A stretch of 63,990 nt of DNA, filler included, from Basidiobolus ranarum (GCA_040143965.1; 5 parts of 5 records of this genome joined end to end with filler, not necessarily neighbours in it); one strand, 5' to 3'. Numbered from the whole stretch's first letter, positions 13,425 to 25,937 are shown. The notes: generated from the letters alone by a model not told the origin. Numbers and translations: made by a program.

Positions 13425-13960
13425 GGCAACCACGGTCATAATGATCATTTAACCAAAGTTCATACCTCTCGATGGCCTAGATTTAAGTTCATGTAGCGTC
13501 AAACCCAAATAAATTCTTTTTACATTATTACACAATATGCATACTGATGGGCCCCTTTTGAATTTTTGGATTGCAGTAGCGCGATGACTCAATGTTGTGT
13601 CATTAATGTTAGCCATATTGGGAAATATGGTGCTAACTACGGCAAGATCGGAGAAACCTATTGTGGGACTAGGTATATATGAGCTGCATGTTACTTGGAT
13701 TATGAAAGGTCCATTCTTTTAATTTAGTTTAAGCTTATACAAAATTGCATTGGAGATGGAATGGATTATCTTTATTTGGTGCGATATATTGCCTGGGTAT
13801 TTGAAGTTGACCAGAGCATAGATTTAATATCACTTGTTCAAGTTTATGCGAAAAGCGGGGCATGTATATATTGTATTATTTGATTTGATTTGTAGGGTAT
13901 ATTACAATACGGTATTATAAATAAATAACGAAAAGATAAAGCCGGAATAGGATAAGCTAC

Positions 13961-14244
13961 CTAGCGGTCATCCTCGTTATCGCTGTCATCGTGGTCTTCT
14001 TCCCCATCCTCATTGATATCCCAGTCTTCGTATTCATCCTCATCATGGTCGTCAGCAGAATCACAGAATGAACCTATTTGAACTAGTATATGCCATTACA
14101 AATAAATACATATGAGGATAGTGCCCCTTCTGATAAGTAGGGGAATTCATCAGTGTACCGTAAGAATCTTTTTTAAATACGCTTACCTTGAGTAAATTAA
14201 AGTAGGATCAAATATCTAACTGGGGTTAAATTAGTATACTTCAT
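13961..14244 (-). pseudogene. Inverted divergent family fragment (GSFCDSADDHDEDEYEDWDINEDGEEDHDDSDNEDDR*) with possible upstream signal-peptide exon
   Basis: 14073-13961 translates to an FCD+acidic tail after an AG. 14244-14187 reads MKYTNLTPVRYLILL*FTQ followed by GTAAGC. The Cys core is missing and the putative first exon has an in-frame stop. Confidence 0.55.
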
Positions 14245-14475
14245 AACCCTGAAAGAAACTGCGCTTGGCATTGGGATTCGGATGTAATGTAAGATGGCCT
14301 TTTCTTTTGGTTAAAGATGCAAATGCTACAGCGGCGAGCATATGATTTCAACTGTGCAGAGTCTATTTTAAGGACATTCTCCCATTTTGTGGTGTAAAGA
14401 CAAGACTTAAATATGATTGCTCAGTCACACTTAATTTTCAAATTACTACATCCTCCATAGATCTATCCTAAAACA

Positions 14476-14808
14476 ATGAAATTCTACACTATTCTGTTTG
14501 TACTCGCTCTACTGAGTCAGGTTGTGATCGGGTGTAGCAATATGGAGAGTAAGTGCTCTTCTGATGATGATCGCACCATCGTCCGTTGCGTCAATGACGA
14601 CTGGGTCAAGACCATGTGTGGTGAGGGAACTGTCTGTCATGAGAAGGACCATACTGGACCATTCTGTGACCATGCCGATGTCCATGATGGAGATTGGGAA
14701 GGTGACCACGACGAACCCAACGACTGGGAAGATGGAGACAACCACGATGACTGGCACAATGATGAAGATTGGGAAGGGGATCATCACGAGGATGAAAATG
14801 ATCACTAA
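14476..14808 (+). CDS. His/Asp/Trp-rich secreted CBM19-like protein, copy 2 (110 aa)
   Basis: Signal peptide MKFYTILFVLALLSQVVIG, C-x6-C-x10-C-x9-C-x5-C-x9-C, DWE/H-rich tail, AATAAA downstream. Confidence 0.9.
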   Translation: MKFYTILFVLALLSQVVIGCSNMESKCSSDDDRTIVRCVNDDWVKTMCGEGTVCHEKDHTGPFCDHADVHDGDWEGDHDEPNDWEDGDNHDDWHNDEDWEGDHHEDENDH

Positions 14809-16017
14809 ATCGGCGCCTAGATATCACGTTTTAATAAAGCCTGCAATGACACATTTTACATTAAATAAATGTGTTTTCACCACCTTTCTATCTAAATAGA
14901 GTATGTAATCATTACTGAACTTTATTTCTAAAGACTAAAGTGATGCATATAATGTGATAGAACTTTTTTTCTCTATACTCGCCATACCTAGATACCGGTA
15001 GCCATTTCCAAAATATCTGAGCTTCATTGGATGTGGATTGTGCGTCAGAGAGGTACTTGAGGTTGATAGTAGTTCAATAATCACGTTGTGATGATATAGG
15101 TAGAGGCAAGCAGTAAGTTATATATATACTGAAGGTATTCGACTTAACTGTACGATAGTATGACTACTTTGAATGATCTACAAATAACTCCCTTTACCTT
15201 TATTTGAAGGAGAATTTTGACTAGTTCAAGTAATATGTAACTTGAGCGATCCCTATAAAGCATGTCGATCTCCGTAGACCATAGCCTCACCCTAAGTTTA
15301 CTCAGGGCACTACATTCATAGGAATGGAAAATCCAAGAATCTCACTTGTTTCAGTTAAGACTTCAAGTTGTAGCCTAAACGCGTTGAGTATTTCACAATA
15401 GACCTTTCCCTCAGAAAATCTATGCTCATTTGTTAAACTTTTCTGCTATGGATGTTCACTTCCGGTAATACTTCAGAAGAATATATACATGATCAAACAT
15501 TGATTTTAATTATGGGTTTATTTAAAGCTTGAGCAACAAACTATACAGAATTTTTATTAGAGCACCTTGCTTGATTGAAGAGTAATAAGTTAAAGCGCTA
15601 CAATTTTGATATTTATATATTTCTGCCTCGTCCGGAAATCTAGTAGTATTTAAAACGTTTAAAACAGGGAAACAAGGACTGCAGTTGGCTTATAGCTGAA
15701 AATACTACTTGAGTTTCTGGATGTAATACACAAATTTATTTCTATGAATTTGATTCCTTTAGTAATCTCAGGGTAAGATTATAGTCTACTGCGATCGATG
15801 TTAGGCACATATTGCCTAAGCCAGTCAAATTTCTTCTACAAATAAAGGGAACGGGAGATATTTGTAGATCATTCAAAGTAGCCATACTATTGTACAGTTG
15901 AGTCGAATACCTTCAGTATATATATAGCTTACTACTTGCTTCTACCTATATTATCATAACGTGACTATTGGACTATTATCAATCTCAAGTACCTCTGTGA
16001 CCCACAATCCACATCCA

Positions 16018-16326
16018 ATGAAATTCTATACTGCTGTCTTTGCTCTTTCCTTCTTGAGTCAAATAGTGCTAGGATGTAAGCATATGGAGAGCAAATGCTC
16101 TTCCGATGATGATCGCACAATCATCCGGTGTGTCAACGATGACTGGGTCAAGACTATATGTGGTGAAGAGACTGTTTGCCGTGAGAAGGATCATACCGGG
16201 CCATTCTGTGACCATTCTGATGATCATGAGGAATGGGATCATGATGGAGATTGGGAAGACCACCACCAGGAACATGAAGAATGGGAAGGCGATCACCACG
16301 AAGATGAAGACGTTCACGAAGACTGA
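16018..16326 (+). CDS. Family copy 3 (102 aa; tail cut by TGA, repeat continues to TAA at 16377)
   Basis: MKFYTAVFALSFLSQIVLG-CKHMESKC...; TATATATA ~100 bp upstream. Confidence 0.88.
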   Translation: MKFYTAVFALSFLSQIVLGCKHMESKCSSDDDRTIIRCVNDDWVKTICGEETVCREKDHTGPFCDHSDDHEEWDHDGDWEDHHQEHEEWEGDHHEDEDVHED

Positions 16327-17402
16327 CGTCATGATGAAGATTTGGAAGGAGACCATAATGATCACCACGAAGATTAAGAGAATGACCATTTTATTTCATC
16401 AACTTACCACATTAATTCTTAATACTTTGAATGTTCCTTACTCTCACAGCACAAGGAGTAAACAACTTGAAATTATATATATTCCTAGTTACCTTTACGT
16501 ACCGTATTAGGTTCAACATATATACTCTTCTGTCCAGGGATTAAGAACTATCCAGTGAGCCTCCAATAAGAAAATATCGTTTCAGTAAAGAACTTTTATG
16601 CCTGCTTAAACTATAGTTGTAATTACGTGACCGGATTAACGAATCCATAATATGGATCTTAGTTGAACATTGATTTAACACGTAAGGAGATTATCTCCTA
16701 AAATAATTGTTATTGTGTGAATATGGTATAAATATAACTCGCAAAGGGTCAAGTAGTTTACAATCACAATCTAATGCACTAACTGTTTTAGGCAATCAAC
16801 TAACCCAAATATGAAATTGATATATGTGATACTTGTTTCAAGTTGTGTTGATCGTCGCTGTCTCACCAATAATAGTTATCAAAATGCTTATTATTGTACT
16901 TTTAATCTATGATCATTGCTGCATTGCCTACATTCGTAATACAGATGGACGTAATGCACGGTTTGATTGCACTAAAATCCAGCAAACTGCAACTGAAGGA
17001 TTGTCCGATATAACGTCTTTTAACCTTGGCTAAATAAAATAGATATGCAGCGAGGTCTCATCAGCCACTTACCTCTAAGTACCAACTCCATTTGAACATG
17101 TATCTTAGTGGCTTTGTTTCCAGTTTCTCAAGCAACGCTCCTATATATCCCTTGAATACATCCTAACTCCCCCTTATCCAACATATTATCAACCACCACA
17201 TCCTAACTTCTCTCATTTAATAGCGTAATTGATATGCACTTGCTGCAAAGAAACCTACACTACCTAGTTATTCTCGTATTAGTTTACATTAATAGTTGAC
17301 TCTGTCAAACTAACATGTTCAAAGCTATAAAACGAGGACGAATGCGTGGATAATGCTAAAACATTAGCACTTTTCGAATATCCCGCAATTGAATTTATAG
17401 TC

Positions 17403-17762
17403 ATGAAATTCTACGCCACTCTATTTATCCTCGCTTTCTTTAGTCAGGCGGTGATCGCGTGTACACATATGGAGAGTAAGTGCTCCTCGGACGATGATCG
17501 CACCATCGTCCGTTGTGTCAATGACGACTGGGTCAAGACCATGTGTGGCGAAGGAACTGTCTGTCATGAGAAAGAACACACCGGGCCATTCTGTGATCAT
17601 GCCGATGACCACGAGGAATGGGATCATGATGGAGATTGGGAAGACCATCACGAAGGACACGATGACTGGGAAGATGAACATCACGAAGATGGAGATAATC
17701 ACAATGACTTGCACCATGATGGAGACTGGAAAGAAGACCATGAAGATGAGAGTGATCATTAA
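17403..17762 (+). CDS. Family copy 4 (119 aa)
   Basis: MKFYATLFILAFFSQAVIA-CTHMESKC...; TATAAAA at ~17327. Confidence 0.9.
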   Translation: MKFYATLFILAFFSQAVIACTHMESKCSSDDDRTIVRCVNDDWVKTMCGEGTVCHEKEHTGPFCDHADDHEEWDHDGDWEDHHEGHDDWEDEHHEDGDNHNDLHHDGDWKEDHEDESDH

Positions 17763-18269
17763 GCTGGCTGTTCGACAAACTCTTTAGTAGAAATAGATTT
17801 TTCTTCCTAATTTACACTTCGGATCAATAAATATTTAATGTTATCTTATTCGTGTTGCGTCCTTACTAAATATAAATTGTCTCTATTTGTAAACTCTTAA
17901 TCAGTTAATTGTAGAATTTAGTTTCATGCTAGCTTATAGTTTGGATTCGGTAAGTTCGTCACCTTAATACCTTCAAGAATCATCTTGAGTGATGATCTCT
18001 GGTGTCGTCCAAGCACCTTCCTGAATGTTCTACTTCCTGGCTTGTAATTTTACTAGTAACTAGATGTAGAAAAACTTACTGCACATATACCCATATAATA
18101 TAGGTCTCTCTCGGTTGCTGCTACAAAACATTGAATAATATGAGCCCTCGTTTCAATGATATAAAAAACCAACATAATTACTGATTATTGCACCAGTGAA
18201 TTCATTAGCTATACACTCATTAATCATCTAGACAACAATACTCATACATCAATGTAATTATTAGCATTA

Positions 18270-18641
18270 ATGAAATTTTAAGCTACTCTTATCACTCTTG
18301 CTCTCTTTAGTCAAGCGGTGATGGCATGTACATATATGAAGAGCAAGTGTTCCTCTGAGGACGACCGTACTATTTTTCGTTGTGTCAATGACGACTGGTT
18401 TAAGACTATGTGTGGTGAAGAGATAGTATGTCGTGAGAAGGAGCACACTGGACCATTCTGTGACTATGCCAGTGACCACGAGGAATGAGACTATGATGGA
18501 GAGTGGGAAGACCACCACAAAGAACATGATGATTGGGAAAGTGATCATCAGGAAGATAGAGATGATCACAATGATGGAAACTGGGAAGATGATCACGAGA
18601 ACCATCACGACCATGGTGAAAACTAGGAAGATCACCGTTAG
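18270..18641 (+). pseudogene. Family copy 5, pseudogene
   Basis: ATG AAA TTT TAA (stop at codon 4), further in-frame TGA at 18486 and TAG at 18624; otherwise collinear with paralogues. Confidence 0.9.
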
Positions 18642-19773
18642 GTAGACCTAAACATTTGTTGAAATTGAGGTTCTTTCAAAGCACTAATAGTATAAATAAA
18701 CAACTTCCAAATTAAATTTAAATTTAACAAAAATACCTTTGGACGAGTTATTTCATTAATAGAAGTACCAAATTACAAATTATGCTCACAGGATATGTAT
18801 GGTATCTCTAGATTTTCTATTTTCTTAGTATACTTGCAGAGAAAATTAGGCAACCATGCTTCTCGCAGTCAACTAGAGACATTATGCCCATTTTTCCAGG
18901 AGCTTTTTTACTGTATGCCATTTGGATCTTCGTGATCTTCGATTCAGGGCAACATAAAAGTAAATAAAGAGTTCAGAACCACAATGTAATGTCGTTGAAC
19001 GTTTCGTATTACAAAGCATTTAGTATGTTAATTGTCTCCTAAAGATCGTATTACCTTTTATTGCGCGAGTGTGGTATAACTCGCAATGGATCAAGTAGTG
19101 GCCAAGTATACAATAATAATCTAATACACTAACTGGTTTAGGTAGTCAACTAACCCAAATATGAAAATTGATATATGTGATACTTGTTTCAAGTTGTGGG
19201 AAGATTGAAAATAATACTTGTTTCAAGTTGTAAGGGTATATTGATCGTCACTGTCTCACCAATAATAGTTATCAAATGCTTATTTTTGTACTTTTAATCT
19301 ATGATCGTTGCTGCATTGCCTACATTTGTAATGAAGGCGAATGTAAACGCACGGTTTGATTGCACTAGAATCCTGCAAACTGCACCTATAGGATTGTGTA
19401 ATATAACGTCTTTTAACCTTGTCTAAATAAAATAGATACGCAGTGAAGTCTCCTAAGTCATTTACCTCTCAAGTACTAGCCCTATTTGAATGTTTATCTT
19501 AGTGGTTTTGTTTCAAGTTTCTCAAGTAACCTTCGTTTATATCCCTCGAGTACATCCTAACTCCTCTTGATCCAACATAATATCAACCACTACTTTTCAG
19601 TTGCTCCTATTTATTGGGATATCCAAAAGTATTTACTGCAAGGCAACTCGCACCACTGGTTTTTCGTGTTGGTTCAGGGTAACAGTTAAATTCACATAAA
19701 CCTATAAAATGGTCACGATTGTGTTGGTAATATTAACAAAATATCAGATTATTCTGCAACTAGATCTACAGTC

Positions 19774-20133
19774 ATGAGATTCTGCGCCACTCTAATTCTG
19801 CTCGCTTTCTTTAGTCAAGCAGTGATGGCATGTACGCATATGGAAAGCAAGTGCTCCTCTGAGGACGACCGTACCATTGTTCGTTGTGTCAATGACGACT
19901 GGGTCAAGACCATGTGTGGTGAAGAGACAATGTGTCATGAGAAGGACCACACCGGGCCATTCTGTGACCACGCTGATGACCACGAAGACTGGGATCATGA
20001 TGGGGATTGGGAAGACCACCACGAAGAGCATGATGACTGGGAAGGTGATCAACACAAAGATGGAGACAATCACGACGACTGGCATCATGATGAAGACTGG
20101 GAAGGAGACCATGATGATCACCATGAAGATTAA
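19774..20133 (+). CDS. Family copy 6 (119 aa)
   Basis: Signal peptide, 6-Cys module, His/Asp tail; TATAAAA at ~19703. Confidence 0.9.
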   Translation: MRFCATLILLAFFSQAVMACTHMESKCSSEDDRTIVRCVNDDWVKTMCGEETMCHEKDHTGPFCDHADDHEDWDHDGDWEDHHEEHDDWEGDQHKDGDNHDDWHHDEDWEGDHDDHHED

Positions 20134-20880
20134 GAGAACGACCATTAGATCGTTAGACTGGTTCCTTGACAAACTCATATGTAGAAATAGAATCTTTTTC
20201 ATAATTTACATTTCAGATCAATAAATATTCTCTGTTATTATATTTGCGTTGTGTCCGTGTTATACATAAATCATTTATATTTGTTGACTTCTAATTAGCT
20301 AACTGTAGAACTTGATAACAGAACAGTGTAATTAATTTATCAATCATTATTTACTTAGCACGCCTGCCGTGAACTCTAACTTTGTGTGCCGGTATCTGAA
20401 ATGCTGTAACGACTCCCAACTTACTATATATATATACTTCCATGTGCTCAACACTTTACTTCTCTGAATAAATCGGATATTGAACTTGTTGACAGCCAGG
20501 ATCTATCGACACTACTTAAACCTGTGGGTAAATTGCAACACTCAATATCAAATCATTTAGCCTCTTAATTTGGCATTTTAATTACTACAAGAGTTATCCA
20601 GGGTGATATCTCTGGTGTCCTCCAAGCACCTCCCTGAATGATTTACTTCCTCGCTAGGAAATTCATTGATGACTAGATGTAGAGGCACTTCATGCACATA
20701 TACCCGCATAATATAACTCTTCTACAATTGCTACTATAAAATATTGACAAATTGGGTCCTTGAACCTAATAGTATAAAAGGAAGGAAGCATTACTAACAA
20801 TTACAACAGTCAATTCATCAACTTTACATTCTTTAATCATCTAAACATTAACAATATAGCATCACCACTTGTTAGTAATC

Positions 20881-21279
20881 ATGAAATTCTACGCTACTCT
20901 CATGACTCTCGCTCTCTTCACTCAGACTGTGAGGGCATGTACGCATATGGAGAGCAGGTGCTCCTCTGAAGATGATCGTACCATCATTCGTTGCGCCAAC
21001 GACGTCTGGGTCAAGACTAAGTGTGGTGTGGAGACTGTCTGCCGTGAGAAAGATCATACTGGTCCATTCTGCGACCACACTGATGACCACGAAGACTGGA
21101 GTCATGATGAGGATTGGGAAGACCATCACGAAGAGCATGATGACTCGGAAGGCGATGATCACGAAGATGGAGACGATCACGATGAATGGCACAATGATGG
21201 AGACTGGGAAGATGACCACCGGGATAATGACGATCACGGTGATGGACATGAAGGAGATGACCATCATGATGAAGACTAG
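20881..21279 (+). CDS. Family copy 7 (132 aa)
   Basis: MKFYATLMTLALFTQTVRA-C...; TATAAAA at ~20773; ends at TAG with repeat-like codons continuing to 21300. Confidence 0.9.
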   Translation: MKFYATLMTLALFTQTVRACTHMESRCSSEDDRTIIRCANDVWVKTKCGVETVCREKDHTGPFCDHTDDHEDWSHDEDWEDHHEEHDDSEGDDHEDGDDHDEWHNDGDWEDDHRDNDDHGDGHEGDDHHDED

Positions 21280-22145
21280 GAGGATCAGCATGAGCATTAA
21301 ATCAGCAACTTAGACATAAGTATTTGTCAAAATAGACGTTTCTTCATGAATAATCCCTATTTTAGCATTAATAAACATTTTCGTATATTATATCTGTGCT
21401 TACCAGGTAGTCTGATGTCTTTACCAGATTTTAACACTTAAAATACTCTATATACTGGAAGTCGATAGAACCTGACAGGCTAATAATATTCTTAGACAAG
21501 ACTAAGTTTTCTGGCGAGACGATCGGTGTGTAAAACGCCCTAACGTAAATACTAGACTACAGTCAACTTTAAGGTTAAGATGAGAAGGTCCACATCAGAC
21601 AATATTGAGATTACTTGCACTGTATCTCCTAAACTTACGGTACGATCAATGCTTTTCTCTGTCTTGCAATCACAATTTAACGCATTATATATTCTTTGAT
21701 ATTTATTCTCATGTTGTAAAAGAATTTCAAATATGAAAACTACGTATATGTAATACTTGATTTAAGTTTTGAGGGAATTCGATCTACGATCATCATTACT
21801 TGCTAATAAGGAAGAACTCCCTAGCAAACCTTTATTGTACTAAATGCGATAAGCTGCAACGGCAAAATTGTGTGCTATAACATCTTTACAACTTATATAA
21901 AGGCATATAGCGAGATCAAATTCATTGGTAACTAGATGCAGAGACACTTCATGCACACATATCCATACAATAATAAAGCTCTCCTACAGTTGCGGTCACA
22001 AGACCTAACGTTATAGGAACCCTCATCCTAATGGTATAAAACGAAGACATAATTGCTCATAGTTGCAACAGTCAATTCATCAGCTTTACATTCTTTAATT
22101 ATCCAAACATTAACACTCATATAGCATCACCACTTGTTAGCAACC

Positions 22146-22544
22146 ATGAAATTCTACGCTACTCTTATTACTCTCGCTCTCTGTAGTCACGCTGTAATGG
22201 CATGTACACATATGGAGAGCAAGTGCTCCTCTGATGATGACCGTACCATCATTCGTTGTGTTAACGACGATTGGGTCAAGACTAAGTGTGGGGTGGAGAC
22301 CGTCTGCCGTGAGAAAGATCACACTGGGCCATTCTGTGACCACGCTGATGACCACGAAGACTGGGATCATGATGGGGATTGGGAAGACCACCACGAAGAT
22401 CATGATGACTGGGAAGGCGATCATCACGAAGATGGAGACGATCACGATGAATGGCACAATGATGGAGACTGGGAAGACGGCCTCCATGAAAATCATGACC
22501 ATAATGATGAACATGAAGATGTCCTCCATCATGATGAAGACTGA
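22146..22544 (+). CDS. Family copy 8 (132 aa)
   Basis: MKFYATLITLALCSHAVMA-C...; TATAAAA at ~22035; proximal flanks very similar to copy 7. Confidence 0.9.
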   Translation: MKFYATLITLALCSHAVMACTHMESKCSSDDDRTIIRCVNDDWVKTKCGVETVCREKDHTGPFCDHADDHEDWDHDGDWEDHHEDHDDWEGDHHEDGDDHDEWHNDGDWEDGLHENHDHNDEHEDVLHHDED

Positions 22545-23653
22545 TAGGGTCATCATGAAGAAAGTCATGAGAATTAAACCTGTGACTTAGGCATAAGCAT
22601 TTGTCGAAATAGACGTTTCTTTAAAACAAAACCCTATTGGCATTAATAAACATATTTTTATATTATATCTGTGCTTACCAGACAGTTTGATGTCTTTGAT
22701 AGATTCTAGTACTTGGAGTATTCTATACACCGAGAGTCGATAGAATCTGAAATAACATTTAAGAATGCCTGTAGTATATGTGTTGCAACACATAATGCCA
22801 ACCATTTTCTCGAGGCACAACCTTGATTTAGCTATCCCTTGCTTAACAAAAACCAAGATGGTGATCAATATGAGAAATACTTTGCTGGAGTACCGGAATT
22901 GAGCTCATCATGCTATTTTTTTGGAAGAGCAGATCATTTTCAATAATTACTGCTTCTAGCCGATCTTTTATGCGCTACCTGATTCTTCTAATGATATTAA
23001 TGCGTGTAGGTATCTCTTTAAGTTCTGTTTTCTTCATATACTAGTAGAACAAGTCTGGGAATAATGATTTCTTAAGTCAAATGATACTACACTTGATTTT
23101 CCTGAAATGGGCCTCCTAAATATAGTGGCAGCACGTAAGTTTACCTACTGAAGCGTCGCAGATGATCGGGAATAGCTCTTAATTTCATAATTTTTGAAAA
23201 GGACGAGTTTTTTGATTGGTATAGTAATTGGTTCTTTGTGATCTCCAATGCAGGGCCTGAATCTTTTAACATAAAGGCAAGTAAACCAGTCTTCAGGAAA
23301 CACAATGCAGGGTAATGTAGTTAAACTCTGATGCGATATTACGAACTTCTCTTGTTGATTGACTGCAATCCTTCAAATTTAGCATGTACTTACTGAAAAC
23401 AATCATTGATAGTATTCCGCGCCCCTAGAGCACCACCCTTAGAGATCAACCAAGAATACTGCATCACGAATGTGATTTCAATAGATTTTATAGGTAACTC
23501 GATTTTGCATTCCCGCACAGCTAGAACCGCCAATACTGGAGTAAGGGGTTCGTTCTCTTTAATGGTATAAAATGAGCATAGGATTACCAACCAAAACATT
23601 CAATTCATCGACTTTAACTTCATTACTACTATACAATATTCCTCATATATCAA

Positions 23654-24063
23654 ATGAAGTTCTACGCTACTCTTATTGTCCTCGCATTTTTAGTCAGGCT
23701 GTAATGGCATGTACGCATATGGAGAGTAAGTGTTCCTCTGAGGATGACCGTACCATTGTTCGTTGTGTCAATGACGACTGGGTTAAGACCAAGTGTGGTG
23801 TGGAGACTGTCTGCCGTGAGAAGGACCATACCGGGCCATTCTGTGACCATGCTGATGACCACGAGGAATGGGATCATGATCGAGATTGGGAAGACCACCA
23901 CGAAGAGCATGATGACTGGGAAGATGATCACCACGAAGATGGAGATGATCACGATGACTGGGATAATGAAGGAAACTGGGAAGATGACCACGAGAACAAG
24001 CACGAGCATGATGATGAACATGAAGATTGGGAAGATCACCATGAAGATGGTCACGATCATTAA
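23654..24063 (+). pseudogene. Family copy 9, 1-bp frameshift in signal peptide (pseudogene or homopolymer sequencing error)
   Basis: ATGAAGTTCTACGCT at 23654; span is 410 bp (one short of 411). T5 run at 23687-23691 where paralogues have TTC TTT. The rest of the ORF is intact. Confidence 0.8.
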
Positions 24064-24855
24064 ATCCGCGACTTAGACATGAGTATTAATTGAAATAGAC
24101 ATTTCTTGAAAACACAACCCTATTAGCACCAATAAACGCGCCCTTCAATTATATTTAAATTCTTTGTTTATGTTTGATTCCTTCGACAGCAGATTTCGTT
24201 TATTGTAATATTAAATGACTTGATAGTCAAGGTAACTTGACAGACACATCATTATTAGCTCAACCTGTGAAATGAGCACGCCAACCTTTAACGTACTGGT
24301 CTCAGTATCAACCGTTTAAGTACATTGAGCATAAATCAACGCGATGATCAATTTGTTTATGCGCTGGTTACTGTACAAGAATTACGCTCAATTCATCTTC
24401 ATGTTTTATATTCTTGGAAAGGACAAATATTTTTAGATCTTTAATGGCATTCTTTCAACATGCATACGATGGAGTAATATGTGGTTGAATTTTGATGCGA
24501 TAATACACATTTATCTCGTCGATTGGCCATAATCATGCAAGTTTACCCTTGCAGTAGTATCTCGCGTTGTCAGAGTATACCACCCTGAAAGATTTACCAA
24601 GTACATTGCATTACATACATCAACTTCATTGATTTTATTGGTCACTAGATGTAGATGCGCTTACTGTGCACATACTAACATAGCATAACTCTCTCATAGT
24701 GGCAACCACAAATTATTAGATAATAGGAACCCTTATCTCGATGCTATAAAATGAAGGTACAATTACTAGCTATTTCAACAATCTATTCATCAATTATACA
24801 TTCATTAATCATCTAAACGATAATACGCATATATCATTGTCATTTATTAGCAACT

Positions 24856-25260
24856 ATGAAATTCTACGCTACTCTTATTACTCTCGCTCTCTGTAGTCAG
24901 GCGGTGATAGCATGTACGCATATGGAGAGCAAATGTTCCTCTGAGGATGACCGTACCATTGTTCGTTGTGTCAATGACGACTGGGTTAAGACTAAGTGTG
25001 GTGTGGAGACCGTCTGCCGTGAGAAGGATCACACTGGTCCATTCTGTGACTATGCCGATGACCACGAAGAATGGGACCATGATGGCGATTGGGAAGACCA
25101 TCACGATGAACACAATGACTGGGAGGATGATCATCACGATGATGAGCATGATGACTGGCATAACGATGAAGACTGGGAAGATGACCACGAGAACAATCAC
25201 GGGCATGATGATGAACATGAAGATTGGGAAGATCACCATGAAGACAGTCACGATCATTAG
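24856..25260 (+). CDS. Family copy 10 (134 aa)
   Basis: Signal peptide + 6-Cys module + 70-aa tail (hand count ~17 His, 6 Trp, ~38 Asp/Glu, no Lys/Arg). Confidence 0.92.
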   Translation: MKFYATLITLALCSQAVIACTHMESKCSSEDDRTIVRCVNDDWVKTKCGVETVCREKDHTGPFCDYADDHEEWDHDGDWEDHHDEHNDWEDDHHDDEHDDWHNDEDWEDDHENNHGHDDEHEDWEDHHEDSHDH

Positions 25261-25937
25261 AGTAGCTACTTGAATATACACATATGCTTAAACAGACATT
25301 TCTTAAAAGATATTATAGTTGGCATTAATAAACATCTTCAGATGCACTACTTATTTTTTACCCAATAATCTGATTGTTTCGACAGTACATTTCATAGATA
25401 GAAATAATAACGGACCAAGTAGTCCATGAAATCCTGCGTAGAACATCAATCCCTATCTCAATTATCAAAAACACTTTGTTCTTACTTTGCCTCATTAAGA
25501 GTCTTCAAATTATCCTTGTATTCAATATCTTTGGAAAAAGTAAATCCTTTTACGTATATACTAACCGTCACTTGAGGATCAGCAGTGCCAGGGCCTCCAA
25601 TGCAGTATAATGTAATTAAAACGGATACAATAGCGTGAGTTTCATCTCGTGTTTTGCAGCCCTCCTGGTTCACATTGTACTTAACAAATAGTGATTTCAA
25701 ATAATGTTTATTGGAAACGCGATGTATGTACACTTACTGTACACCCATCCACATGGCATCCCTCCCTCGCAGTTGTAACTACTAGTAATTGAGCAAGATG
25801 TTCCTTTTCTTCAATGATATAAAATGAGGATACAATTACTTTAACAATATCAATTTATCAATTGCATTTTCATCAATCAGCTAAAAGACACTACTCATAT
25901 ATCATTATCCTTTAATCATCATCCTTTACAAGCAACC

